A DNA stretch of 64,000 bases from Chrysomallon squamiferum (taxonomy: Eukaryota > Animalia > Mollusca): positions 14,260,001-14,324,000 of the forward strand of contig CM022672.1 of NCBI GenBank assembly GCA_012295275.1, given 5' to 3'. Both the position numbers and the translations under genes were made by a program. Below the pieces are notes generated by a model. The model worked only from the letters and a program-made list of their open reading frames with translations. It was not told the origin of the DNA and did not search any database. Below, one piece after another: positions 13,900 through 44,794 of this stretch (position 1 is its first letter; each line of letters starts with the position of its first letter).

Positions 13900-15951
13900 A
13901 TGTCGTTGATAAATATTCTCTTAAGATCAAGGATTATTTTTACCTCAAAATGTTGCCATGAACATCAGATTGGTGCATTAAGTCCAATAGTTCAATTTAT
14001 TAGATGGCGAAAACCACGATGGGAACCAAAAGCTAAAAGCAAGATATTTTATGTCCGAACTCCAACACCGATTGATCCGCAAGAAAGTGAAGAATTAAAA
14101 TTAAGATATGCACATTATCGCACACATCTTCGCGCAGTCAGGTGAGTCTGCTAATAATAATTTATTTTGTTATGTATTCATATTTTGTATAAAGTGAGGT
14201 GTTTTAACTGCTACGCAAGACGACTCCATTTGTACTGTAGAGGTCACGAATGAATTAATTTTAATTCAAAATAGTAAAATGTAAATCTATTTTAAAATCA
14301 AAATTTACTTTTTTTAGTCTGTCACTCTGGCCTCCTATCTCTTTTCTAAATAATAATGATGGCTGTTAAAGACTAGAATACACACGTTTTAGATGGACAG
14401 TATGAGTATGTTTCAGGACTGGACATTTTGCTTTATAGTTTATTAGTTTATATTTTCAACTTTTTAACTAATTCATACTTAATATTTACCTCACTTTATT
14501 TACATAATTTATAGTGTTCGCGGTGAACTTAACAATTAATAAATGAAAAACTGGGAACCTTAGTGGACTGCCCCAAAGAAATGAGAAATATGAAATGAAT
14601 ATGAAGTATATATAATATAGTGATGTTGATTATGACATCTATCAATGTATCATTGCCTAAACAGTTTAACCATTTCAGTGACATTTAATGTATTACTTTT
14701 AATATTTTTATATACCTTTAAAAACTATGTTCTGTGGATCATCATATTGGTTTAAGCCTCTCAGTTTATTATTATAAGTATATTACAGTGATATATTAAA
14801 ACAATATTTTTCTTTAACAGACGCTACTTAAGTCAATCTTTGCAAGAACAAAAACAGCAGAAAATGGTTGATGATGATTTGGAACAAAAGGAACTAGATG
14901 ATATTCAGTGGATGATTTCTGAAAATGATAAATGGAATGAACAGTCAGCAAAACTGAGGTATTTAAACTAATCTGCAGTCATATTTTTGATAATTAATCA
15001 TTAATTTAATGATAATAATAATAATTCCAATGGATTACCATAAAATTTGTTTCTACTTTCTGTTGTGTTAATAAATAATAAAGTACAGGAGAAAATAATA
15101 TTTGATCACTTATTTACTTTATAATTTCTACTGTTAAAGAATCAGGAAGAGAAATAAATGATTTTCTTTTATTTTTTACAAATTATTGTTGTTGTTATAA
15201 ACTTAATAACTTTTTTTTTTTTTTTTTTAAAATTATGTAGAGAGGCACGATTGGGTGAAGAAATCAAACAGAAAGAATTAAAACTGCGATTGAAAGCCGA
15301 AAAAGAGTTGGACAGAAAAGTGACCATGATAGAAAAGGCTCAGAAAAAGCTTCAGAAAGAACTTGTAAGTGGATTTTTTAAGGCAGTTTTATATGGGTGT
15401 TGTGTAGTTTAGATATTAGTATGTAACTATGTTGGTTGTAAGTATATTGGTTACATGATTTATTCTCAGAATATCCATAAGTCTACTTTCCGTTCCTGTA
15501 AAGGTCTCACAAATGCCATTGGTGGATTTAAAAATATATATATATATATATATTCGGCTATTTTTCTTTTCAGTCCATTTGGTATTTAATTATAAAAAAA
15601 ATTAGTTGTGAAACATGCTGTAGTTCTAATAAAAAAAATTAACAACTTACAATGTTTTTGTTTAAATACTTAATTTTACATTAGAATCTTTTCATTTGCC
15701 ACAGAATTTCTTCTAGCATAATTTGTAAATCTGTGTACATCTTTAATTGGATTTTCATTATTTTATTTTTTTTCTAGGAGGATATTCAGTCTGAGATTAC
15801 TTTAGATAATCTTGATGTGGAAATTGAAAAACTTTTAAACCAGAGGAAAGATTACAACTTTGCTATTGATCCTCGTGGTCAAATTATAACAGATGAAATA
15901 TTAAAAACAGAAGAAAAAGAAAAAAGTGCATCAAGTGTAAAAACAAGTTAA
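13900..15951 (+). CDS. MRPS26: Mitochondrial ribosomal small subunit protein mS26, 4 exons, ~225 aa
   Basis: Exons 13900-14141, 14821-14958, 15241-15364, 15778-15951 (TAA). Basic presequence-like N-terminus, then RKPRWEPKAKSKIFYVRTPTPIDPQE...YAHYRTHLRAVR, a coiled-coil middle and C-terminal ITLDNLDVEIEKLLNQRKDYNFAIDPRG, matching recalled mS26 signatures. Confidence 0.9.
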
Positions 15952-17310
15952 ATGCAGCTGTAGTACAAGAATTAAAATTGTGTTATAGTGTGCTTTGCCT
16001 ACATACAGACAGTTTTACCTTGTGACATACATTAAGCATGAATCTGCACAGATTTGTTAATTTGTATCATATGCTGTTGTTTATAATTTAACCTGCTGGT
16101 TTAGATTTTTATTTCAAGAAAATCTTTCTGGTACAAAAAAAAGTAACTAACACTTTTCAAAGTTTTTTTATTTACAGATAAATATATATTTCTGAAACAA
16201 TAATTATTTAAAAAGTTGACCTCTGAAAATAAAATATTCATGTACTGAAAGATATTTGCAAATTGAGATTCATGCTAAGGAATAATGTTCAAAAATTATT
16301 GTAACCATAAAGGAATAAAAATACTGACCTATCCCTGAACACTGTGTATGTTTTAATCAAAGAAAATCAATTGTACAAAATATCCACATATATAATTTTG
16401 ATGGACCGATAAAGCTTGGAGATAAGTTACACATTTGGGGCATTTTTTTAATATTGCTTGAGAAGCAGCTGAGATTTTGATACTGCATTATTTGTTCATA
16501 ATAACAATTATTGCTATTATAATTTTAAAAATACATATATTGAACTCTTTTGCTTTGCTAAACTTGAATATATAGACATGCATAAACAGATTGGACTGTG
16601 TTAAAGTATGTTATAGCAAGTCCAACATTAACAAAGATAACTAACAAAACTGCTAGTGGACATAATATTTTCAAATTCCACAATTTTCCTAGTAATAAGG
16701 GTCATGAAATATATTTTCTCACTTATCTTTTTAGATCAGTTTTCAATATGGGCAAAAAGAAGATAATATCTATGACATCCTTAACAGATTACCTGATAAC
16801 ATTAGAACAGTAGTAAAATGATACATTTTATTATCCAGTCTGGCAGATTATTAGAATATACAGAACAAAAATAATTAGAATTAGAATTAAATAATGTGTT
16901 TTTATATAGTTTAATATTTTGGTAATTGTACACTATTTTAAAAAATAACGAGACAAAAATTTCAATATAGTTTAATTAAAAAAAATATCATATATAAATT
17001 ATTTTCACAATTTCTGATTACAAATAAAACAATCATGTTTTTGAACACTCTTCCAAGTTTTAATAAGCAAAATTATATATAAACTTTAACAATTTTTACA
17101 AAATATAAATAAAATTTACACCTTTATTCTATTTCTAGTAATTAATTACACTGCTGAACAATTAAATAAATAATGTAATCTCCCACAAAAAATTCTTTAG
17201 CAAACACTTTAAGATATTTCATTGACAAAAATAACATTTTATTTATTCCCTTCAGTTAATGTTACTGAATGATCAACAACCCACCTGAATTACATTTATG
17301 CTTAAAATTG

Positions 17311-20300
17311 TCAAGATTCAAAACCATGAGAAATTTTAGATGAAGACTCGAATTCAGTGGTATTGTCTCCAAGATCCAAAGAAGATTTTGACATGTGTAC
17401 TGGAACTTCACCTGGAGCCAGCAGTGATGATTTTATTGCTGAGCCTTCAACGTGAAGAGTTGATGTTGATCGTGTTTGGGTCAGTGATGGGGTGGAGCCA
17501 ACATTCTCGGGAGCAGGGGCTCGCGACAGCCCATCGCTGCTAGACTGGTATGTAACCTTTATAAAAGAACTGTGCAGAGAAGACGAGTCAGACATCCAAC
17601 TATCCATTGCTTTGTCTAGTCGAATTACGAATGTGTCCACATCGTGTTTTGTCATTCCTATTGCTGCAGCAACGGTGAGGTATGGACACGGGTAGAAATT
17701 GTGATGCGCACCAAAATTCGTGAAAGAATAGCCAGCAATAATGGGATTTTTTCCTGGTGCAATCACTCTGAAAATGTAATTTAAAAACATTTAAGAAAGA
17801 CATTTCCACTGTAATAATAAAACATAAATACAAATACACACACACATAAAGGTAAGAAAGTAATTTCCGTTGAAAAAAACAACAAACATACAGACACATC
17901 CACATATGTATATATGTATGTGTGTGATGTGTATATGATATATGTATATTTTTTTAATATTATTATAATGGAAATGTCTGTTACTTAAAAGCATTCATCA
18001 AATAAAGTTGTCTGCAAACTTAATTTTCTGTCTTTCTTTTTAAGCAAACAGAACATATTGTTATTGTTCCAGATGTGCTTAAAAATGATTTGATTTAATT
18101 TATTTTTAAATAGTATATAAAAAAAAAAAAAAGTTTTATACAATGATAATTTTCAGCATCTCTTCAGACATGTTTTTTATGGGCCCTTAATTTGATAATA
18201 AACTGCATTTAAACTTTTAATATTTTAAAAAGAATACATTTTAAAAAAGGAAAGAAAAAAAAAGAAATATGAATTAAAGTAATTCTTTATCATGAACGTA
18301 AAAACTATCAAAAGAAATAAGATATAATATGTACCAGGCAAAAATATTAATTCTGATGAAAATAATAATGTATTTAAAAGAATAAAATAAAACAAAAATA
18401 AAACATACCTTGCTCCTGAAACAAATCGTGTAAAAAGCATTGATCCAAGTTTTGTTATGTTCAACATGTCAGATTCTTGCATCTGAGTTAGAGTTATTCC
18501 TAAGAAAAAGAAATGTGATTCATTTTAAAGCATATCTATAGATGTAAATGCAAAAAGCTTCAACCTCCTTTTATTTTTTTATGGTTATTTTATATTAACA
18601 TCAACCTTTGCTAACCAACAAAGTAATGATGTGATAGATGAGATATATACAGGCAATCATCTTCTCATTCTCACTTTTGTCTACTTTTCTTTATTGAGTT
18701 AACATAGCGAAGTTACCAAAGCATTGTGTTTTCACTGCTATATATAAATTCTAATTACAAAAGAAAGAAAGATAGGGTATCATCCAAGCAACTTCATGGA
18801 TCTTGTTTTATATCAGCAAGTCTGATGTCCACTTATACAAAATAATCATTTACCACCATACAAAATGTATTATGGCTGTTACACAATCAGTCATCATGTT
18901 TTCATTGCCAAGGATTAAGTCTTAAGAATTTATCAACTATTAAAATCTGTAAACTGAGGTTAGTTTTCAGTCCTATATAAAAAATTTTTTTTTTAAATCC
19001 CAAAGCTGTCCATAGCCCAATTTAATTTGTGGTTGAAACTGTAAGAATTTTTAATCTACCCATTGATATTGGATTGTGCTGTGTATTCAGCAGTCTTTCT
19101 CCATGCTTAGCAGCACAAGCAGAGAGTTCTGTTCGTAAGTACGAGTACATTTCTTTCCGTTTGGCCAGCAATTTCTTGTAACCTGAGGAGCCCAGTGATA
19201 GCATTGTTATCAAAAAGTCCAATGTAGGGACTGCAGATGCTCGTCCTGAAGAAATAATTTCAGAATCACATACCAACATTGTTATTATTATTAATCTTTA
19301 ATATATCTGTCAATACTTTTAATCTTTTTCATTTAATTAGATATATATAATACAGGTAATTAAGTAACCTTCAAATCTGACAAAATGCACACCAGCAGTA
19401 TCTTGACACAAAAAAGTTTCCTGAGATAACTATATCATGTTACATTTTAAAAATTACATGTAACAGTTTATTCAGGAAATTGCTGCATATTACATTTAAA
19501 ATTTTTTTAAAAATTAAAATTAATTTGGACATTATTCAAGTAGCTGATTTTTCATTTGAAAATATAGCAGAATTATTATATACCCCATACTGGGATTTAA
19601 AAACTATATTAAACCTGGATATGTGTGTCCAATTTCCTCAACAAATTTCTTGTCAAACCCTGCAATAATGCTGCCACCTACAGGTACCATAAAGTTTTTG
19701 TCAGTACTCTGTACAAATGCATCAACACGTCCACATCGTGATGCCTAACAATGAAATATTTGACAAGTGAGGTTATTTCTGCGTGTATTAAAATATTAAT
19801 TTTTCACATCACAGGCTGAAAGAAATTATCCATTTGAAGACAAAAAATTACAAGAAAACAATCCATTAATAGTTCTGGACCATTCCTAACAGAGACACAA
19901 ACAATCAAAACAACTGCTTTTTATTACAACTCATATTTCAATTACAAACAAAGCTTTTATATTTAACATGTTGCAAATATTTTCTCTAATCATCTATCTA
20001 CTGGTTAGTAGGAATTAGTTGTATAGAAATAAATAAAATTCTATACAGTTACAACAGAGCTGGCTCAAACAATAATAATAATAAAATCTGTTTTATGCCA
20101 TGATGTGATCTCATTCATTCTCATGCATACATTCACACATAAAAGCACAGACTTAAAACAAGCATCTAGATAAAGCTAGACTGAAAGACAGAGTATAATC
20201 TATGAACCAATACCTGTTCTATAATATGTGTACATTTAGTAGACTGGATCCCATAAGCATTGTTGATGATATGAGGTACAGACAAAACTCTGCATAACTT

Positions 20301-23220
20301 AGCAACTTCTTCCACACTAACAAGAAAAAAAGAAAAAAACCGATTATAATTTTAACACCAATACTTTATTTTATTCTTTTTAACTGCTAAATATTTTCAA
20401 TTGAATATTATCTTCATAATACAACAGAATAAGGGAATAAAAACAAACATTTATTTCATGTTAAAAATTCTATTATTCGAGCTCTGCTTACTTTACTATC
20501 TTGCCACTAATTTAAAACTGTCATTTAATATATTTATTAATAATAACTGATTTTATTTTCATTATCTTAAAAAAAATGCTTGAAAACTTACCTTCAATCC
20601 TAATTACTGTACTGTTTTTACCATGTTTATTAATAATAGAACAACAATATTGGTGATTATCATAGAATAATAAAACAAAAAATGAAATAAATAAAAAGCC
20701 TGGAAACATACTCATCTGGTATCCGAGGTGCAAAACAGCTTGTAGTAGTCATAACACATAGTACATTCTCTGCACCTAGTTCTGTTATTTTCTGTCCAAT
20801 GGCTACGCAGTCAGTTTTCAGTTCATCACCATCCAGCATGTTCTCAATCACCACTGGTTCCAGACCTAAAAACATTTTTTTAATTTAGGCATGTTAATAA
20901 AAAAAAGAAGAGAAGTTTTATATACTAATAAAGTCTAATAGAAACCATGCTAACCTGTAATTGAAATAATAAAATTAATAAAACAATAATTCTGAAAACA
21001 AAATGGAATGTAGCAATTTTCTTTCTGTTCATTTTTGTAGGTAAATGCACTTCATTCAAGTAATTAAAAATGTTTTCCAAATATTTCATGATTTTCATTA
21101 CTAATATCAAACATATATCTGGCACAGTTTCTTTTCCACAGTAATACTTATACACATACACACAAACACACACACAAATATAATAAAAACAACAAAAATG
21201 AAATGCTTTTTTCCTTCACCTTCAAACATTTACCAGTAATGTCTAAAAGTAAAAACCATCTGAATATATTATAGTGTTGAAACCAACAATTTCTAAAACA
21301 CTGAACAAAATTATATTTTAAGATAGTATGAACTCTTAAAACATTAACCTGCAGTAACTATGGATTTGAAGCAAGATTTCTGATCAATCCTTGGCCAGAC
21401 AACATACTTGGCTTGTGGTCGCTTTTGTTTTAGTGTAAGCATGCAGAGTACAAGACTCATTCCTGTTGCCATGGGCACAATAAAACAACTCTCAACAGAA
21501 CGTATACCTGAAAAATGATTGTGATGATAAAAAATAAAATGGTTTTGATTTCATTGTTTTCTTGGTTGCTTATCTAGATTATAAAAAATAAATTTAAAAT
21601 CTAAGAACACAAAGTTAGTAATCTTTACACTGAAAGTATTTGTTGGTTACTTATATTAGCTGGAATTCATAAATCAGTATGTAAGCAATGATTAAAATGT
21701 AATAAACCATCCACAAAGCATGTTATTCAGAAGATGTTAACACTTTGTAATCAATTGACTTTTTTTAAATAAATAATTACCTTCTGTTATTTACAGATGT
21801 TAAGTTATCAGGCAATTATAATTCAAACCTTGTCATAATTAATAATAATATTAATTAATAAAAATCAGCTGGCCATCTGTGTTACTGAAAGATTTCTTCA
21901 AGTGAAACCTGAAAGTTTAATGACATCCAGGGCCAAAAGATTGGCTAGTTTCATAGCAATACTCGAGCCAGCTGCTTTGGGCTGCACTGCAGTTATGTCC
22001 CCTGATCTCCCAATTCCATGACCAAACCTGAAATCAAAATAAAAATAAAATTGATGCATTAAAATATAATATTTTAAAATTATTATAAATTTTTCAATTA
22101 AAGAAAGGTGTCTCAAGCTAACATTGTCCTTATTTTCAATCCCATATTACTTATACAGGTAATAACCTTTAATACTAAATGTAGATATAATGATGTAACC
22201 CATCAGTTATGAACCTTTATGGAAACTTCAGAAAAACCAAAGCTACAACATAATTGTTCAGCTGTTTATTACATAATCACTAAACATTTACTCTTATGAA
22301 TACATATATTTTACATTACAAATTCTGGAATGAAAGAGCTATGTAAACTGTAGAAATGGATTAAAGAGATTTCTGATCATAAATAATAATGTTACAAATA
22401 AAAACCTGTAGTGACATTTTGCCACCAAAGGCGACACAATCCGAGCTTCCCTCTCACCAACTCCACAATTGCCAGGAAAATTGTTGCTATCCATAACTGA
22501 GAGTTCAGTGAGTAGTAATTCAATAGTCTGATCACTCCAGCCTTCCTCTGGCAACTTGTGCTGAAATAAACAATGATATTTAAATAAACATTAACTGATC
22601 ACATGAAATTCACATTCTAATTATTCCAACTTGAATTTGTATCACTTTCATATTATCCCTTTTAGTGCAATACATACTTTCCACCACGAGGAATTCTGGG
22701 GAAAACAGTTTTAGGGCTTAATTTAAGCTAGTGCATTATGCTGATATATCTCACCATGTCAAGATACCTTGTTAATGACGCTGAAAAAATTAATTATGAA
22801 ATATATTTAAATGAAGAAAATCATACAACATAGTGTTTCTGGCCTTTTTTAATGTCACCATTATGACATTAATATATATATCTGAAGAATAAAAATGAAT
22901 AAAAAGCAGAAAGTTAATATTTTTCTATCTTTTATTATAAATATTATCAAAAAAATATTTCTTGAGTTTAGATTTTACAATAGATTTCACTTCTACGTTC
23001 AACAACACAACATGATTATTCTTGGTTTTTTATATTCACAACATATTGTCGAGTTCACTCACAAATGGGTATTTAAAAACATTTTGAGTGATTTTTGTTT
23101 ACTCACATGTTGCAGTAACTGTCTAATTTGATTTGAATGCATACGTCTGGCCTGAAATCCTTGGTGAACATATGATCCAGGCACCAGACGACTACAGAAA
23201 TCCAGAGTTTCATCATTCAT
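17311..23220 (-). CDS. SEPSECS: O-phosphoseryl-tRNA(Sec) selenium transferase (SepSecS), 10 coding exons, ~555 aa
   Basis: Exons 23107-23220, 22406-22560, 21909-22027, 21349-21507, 20712-20865, 20214-20316, 19615-19744, 19060-19245, 18409-18499, 17311-17767. Motifs: [74 protein letters not shown]-lysine motif [34 protein letters not shown]. An acceptor AG just upstream of the ATG implies a spliced 5'UTR. Confidence 0.96.
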
Positions 23221-24689
23221 TATGAAACTGAAACAATCAACAACAAAAAAAAATCAAAAAAAAAAAAAAAAAAAAAATAGAATTTATATCTGTATAAAGC
23301 ACTGTATGTCAGGTTCTTAGACACTAATTGGATTGTTAATTTATGCATTCAAATTATTTTTCATATTAAAAAATTGGAAATATTAAGAAAAGATAGAAAT
23401 TACTTTAAAGAAAACAAAATAACTATGTAAGTTAAATGAAGGAGTATAAAATAAATCAAATCTTGTATCTATTTCAATTTTTAAATTTGAATAGATTTCA
23501 AACTGGCTTTTTAACAATGTTTCCAACCTTATTTTTAAACATAGCACTGTTTCTAACAATTTTCTAGTCATAAAACCCTAAACCTAACATTACTTAATAT
23601 TTAAATAAGAGAATAATTTCTGAAAAATGAAACACATCAGTATTTTACTTATAAATAAACAGATATACTTCTCAAATAACCGTGGTAACCCTAAAATCAT
23701 AACGTTTACCTTATTTGACAAGTTCTGAAAAAGTGATATCAGTACAGTAAAATGTCTTATTTTGCCAAATCAAGTAAATATTAAATATTTATTATCAGAC
23801 ATCAGATGTCAGGATTTTTTTTTTATTACATAACAAGGAAGATAACAACAGCTATGTTACAACCACAAACATTAAATGTTAAATTTTATTTTTAACTATG
23901 ATTTCATATTTTGCATCAAATTACCTCTTTGAGTAATTTTGTATTTATTATTATAAATACTTTATGATGTAGTTCATATGATAAAGTTTTTGGAAGATCT
24001 ATATCAAAAAGCAGAATTAAAACATATCTGAAAAATTATTCACTGTACAGTTGTTTCAGACATTTATTATTAAATTCTATAAGGCAAGAATAAATGAAGA
24101 CAACTATTCTGTGAGTTAATTTTCACCCTATCTATAAGATGATCATATTAACAATTAACACAATAACTTTATGAATAATTTTATTTATTCTATTCCTAAA
24201 AGAGAAAAATGTCTATTTCAATATTTGGTTTGACTGTATGAACCTGAAATGAATATAATGTTTTTAAGTAGTTTAAAAATATTTATACTGCACTTTAACC
24301 ATGCTCTTTTTCTAATGTTAAAATACATTTTATCGTTATTTACATATATATAATATAATTTACTTATTGTTGCAAAGCTATTACTAGTTATATTTTACGG
24401 TTATAAACACAAATTAAAAATAAATAATGTCATTAAAGTACAAAGATTATCTGTTAAAAATAAGAAAAAGAATTTCTGTTTTGAATGTTCCAAATATTTA
24501 AATTAAAATATCCCTGAATCATGCTGTAAGTGTAATGGTTTTATTATGAAAACCGTTTAACGTTGAACAGTCCTCCATTACTGATTAAGTTTTCAATGAC
24601 AATGATTGCATTAAATACTTATTTACTTTTAAAAGATAAGATATGATATTCCTGTGGAAATGGTTTTTAATTATGAATATTTGGATCTA

Positions 24690-24870
24690 AACAGACTCTT
24701 CTGAATGAAAAAACGAAAGCACCGGCAGATTTTAGCAAACACAAATCTAAAACTTCCGGGTTAGAGTTCATGATTTAAGAGTTAAATTTTACCAAAGGTT
24801 TTGATTGGTAAAAATTACATTATGCCACTGATTAATTATGCAAATACCACTGGACAGTTATTATTGGATA
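24690..24870 (-). promoter_or_regulatory. Probable SEPSECS promoter (CpG patch with ETS-like and CCAAT motifs)
   Basis: Local CpG retention, ACTTCCGG (ETS-like) near 24752, and ATTGG (CCAAT on minus) near 24805 and 24863. Assignment to SEPSECS is inferred from position only. Confidence 0.4.
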
Positions 24871-25058
24871 TAATTTCAAAATTTAATAATAATAATAATA
24901 TCAATAATATTTATAATAATAATAATAATAATAATGAATTAAAACATTGTTTCTTCTAGATCTATTGTTAGTAGTGTTACTATCGATAACGATAAAATAA
25001 AAATAATAATAAAATTAAATTAAATTAAAAAGAAAGAAAAATTAAAATTTATTTGAAG

Positions 25059-25099
<41 letters not shown>

Positions 25100-26155
25100 C
25101 TTTAAGTATCATTATAATAAGCCTGTATTGTAGTAACATCTAACACCACGATTAATACTGCTTCTGATATTATTTTTGCTATGTACACAGTACAGATATA
25201 ATTAATTCTGTCTTCTTCTGTAAATATTAATATTAACCAGGTATTTATTTTATTTTACTATTTTTATTTATAAATATATTAAAATAAATAATTTATACTA
25301 CCAGAATAGCACGAAAAAATGATGTACTTTATCTTTTGCAAATGCTATTCAAGGCAAAGTTGTCGTTTCCTCAGCGAAAGAGAGAAGACATATTCAGTAT
25401 CACTTACGGAACTGAGAAAAACATTTGTCTGAAGTTTGAAAATGTATAAATGCAGAATGTTAATAAATTTTCACTATTTTGTTATAAATATACTTTTAAA
25501 GGTTGTAATGATAAAAACGATAAATAATAAAACTTTAAAGGCAATAATAATAATAAGAAGAAGAAGAAGAAAAAAAAAAAAATAGAAGAAGAAAGAGAAG
25601 AAGAACTTAAAAGTTCCTTTTTAAAAAACATACAACGACCCATCTAGATGAACCGGTCTTTTAGAATAAACTTTTGGGACATAACAAACAGTTAAGCAAG
25701 TTACAATATGATATATTATATTCGTAAATATAATATTAGGACTGGGAACTTATAAAAAACAACAACACATATATGTAATGTTTGGCCCCAAGCGTTTTAA
25801 ATTATATTGCTTTAGTTAATGGTAAACCCATTTTTAGCAATTCAGGTTATATTTACTACTGTTAAAAGTAGAACCAATGGTATACGTTGTTGATAGTGGA
25901 TGCGAACCTTATAACAAACTGTAAAATGACGAATCATTGGTTGAATAGATCATGTGACCACATTAATGTCAGCGCACTGTGTGGGATGTCTTAAGTGTCA
26001 TTACGATTAAACAAAGTGTGTCACTGCGAAGGAATTCATGTATTTTATTTGTTTATTTCTTGAGTAATGTAACAAAAAACATGAAGTGTTTTTGAATTAT
26101 AGATAATCGCCGCTTTGGCTTTAAACTTATTAAGTGCCGAGACTTCTGCAGTAAA

Positions 26156-44308
<18,153 letters not shown>

Positions 44309-44489
44309 GTCATATTAAGTTGATGAATAAACAGCCATTATTAGCTGGGCAAATGCTCACTTGTTTAAAAGTTCAAAAAAAAAAAAAAAAATCTAATGCT
44401 CTGCTTTTCTTTGTGTTTGACTAATCTTTGCAGGACGTGCAGGGCAGATGGTGTTACTCCAGGACATTTCTGGACTATGCTCATGTGTC

Positions 44490-44794
44490 AGTTAGTGTCA
44501 GCACAGTTCTGGTATTCCAGTTCATATCGGCAGAGTTCTGGTTTTACCAGCTGGTGGCTGGACAGCTCTGGTATTCCACGTTGTTTCTGGACCTGTTGTG
44601 GTATTCCAGTTAAAAAGTTTGAACAATTTTGATGTCCAAGTTTGTGTTGGAACAGTTCTAATAATACCAGTTAGTGTCTGGACAGTTCTGGTATTCTACT
44701 AAGTGTCGGAGGCATTCTGGTATGTCTTTTAGTGTCAGAACAGTTCTGATGTCTCTGTATCAGTTATGTATCACAACGTCCTGTTGTGACAGTT
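44490..44794 (+). repeat. Degenerate ~29-31 bp tandem array (~10 units, consensus AGTTAGTGTCTGGACAGTTCTGGTATTCC) downstream of the PKN stop
   Basis: Units such as agttagtgtcagcacagttctggtattcc, agctggtggctggacagctctggtattcc and agttagtgtctggacagttctggtattct align by eye. Confidence 0.8.

Noticed and set aside
17302-17313. SEPSECS ends in TGA, raising possible selenocysteine read-through (TGA CAA TTT TAA)
   Set aside because: Read-through would add only three residues, I could not see a SECIS stem in the AT-rich 3' flank, and TGA is an ordinary stop.
23686-23694. TAACCCTAA resembling a telomerase RNA template
   Set aside because: Isolated 9-mer in AT-rich sequence with no adjacent pseudoknot or GC-rich helices; expected by chance.
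44490-44794. ~30-bp periodic array as a CRISPR-like locus or a coding repeat (ORFs 44396-44632 and 44428-44613)
   Set aside because: The units are contiguous degenerate copies with no unique spacers, the context is eukaryotic with no cas genes, and variable unit length breaks frame.
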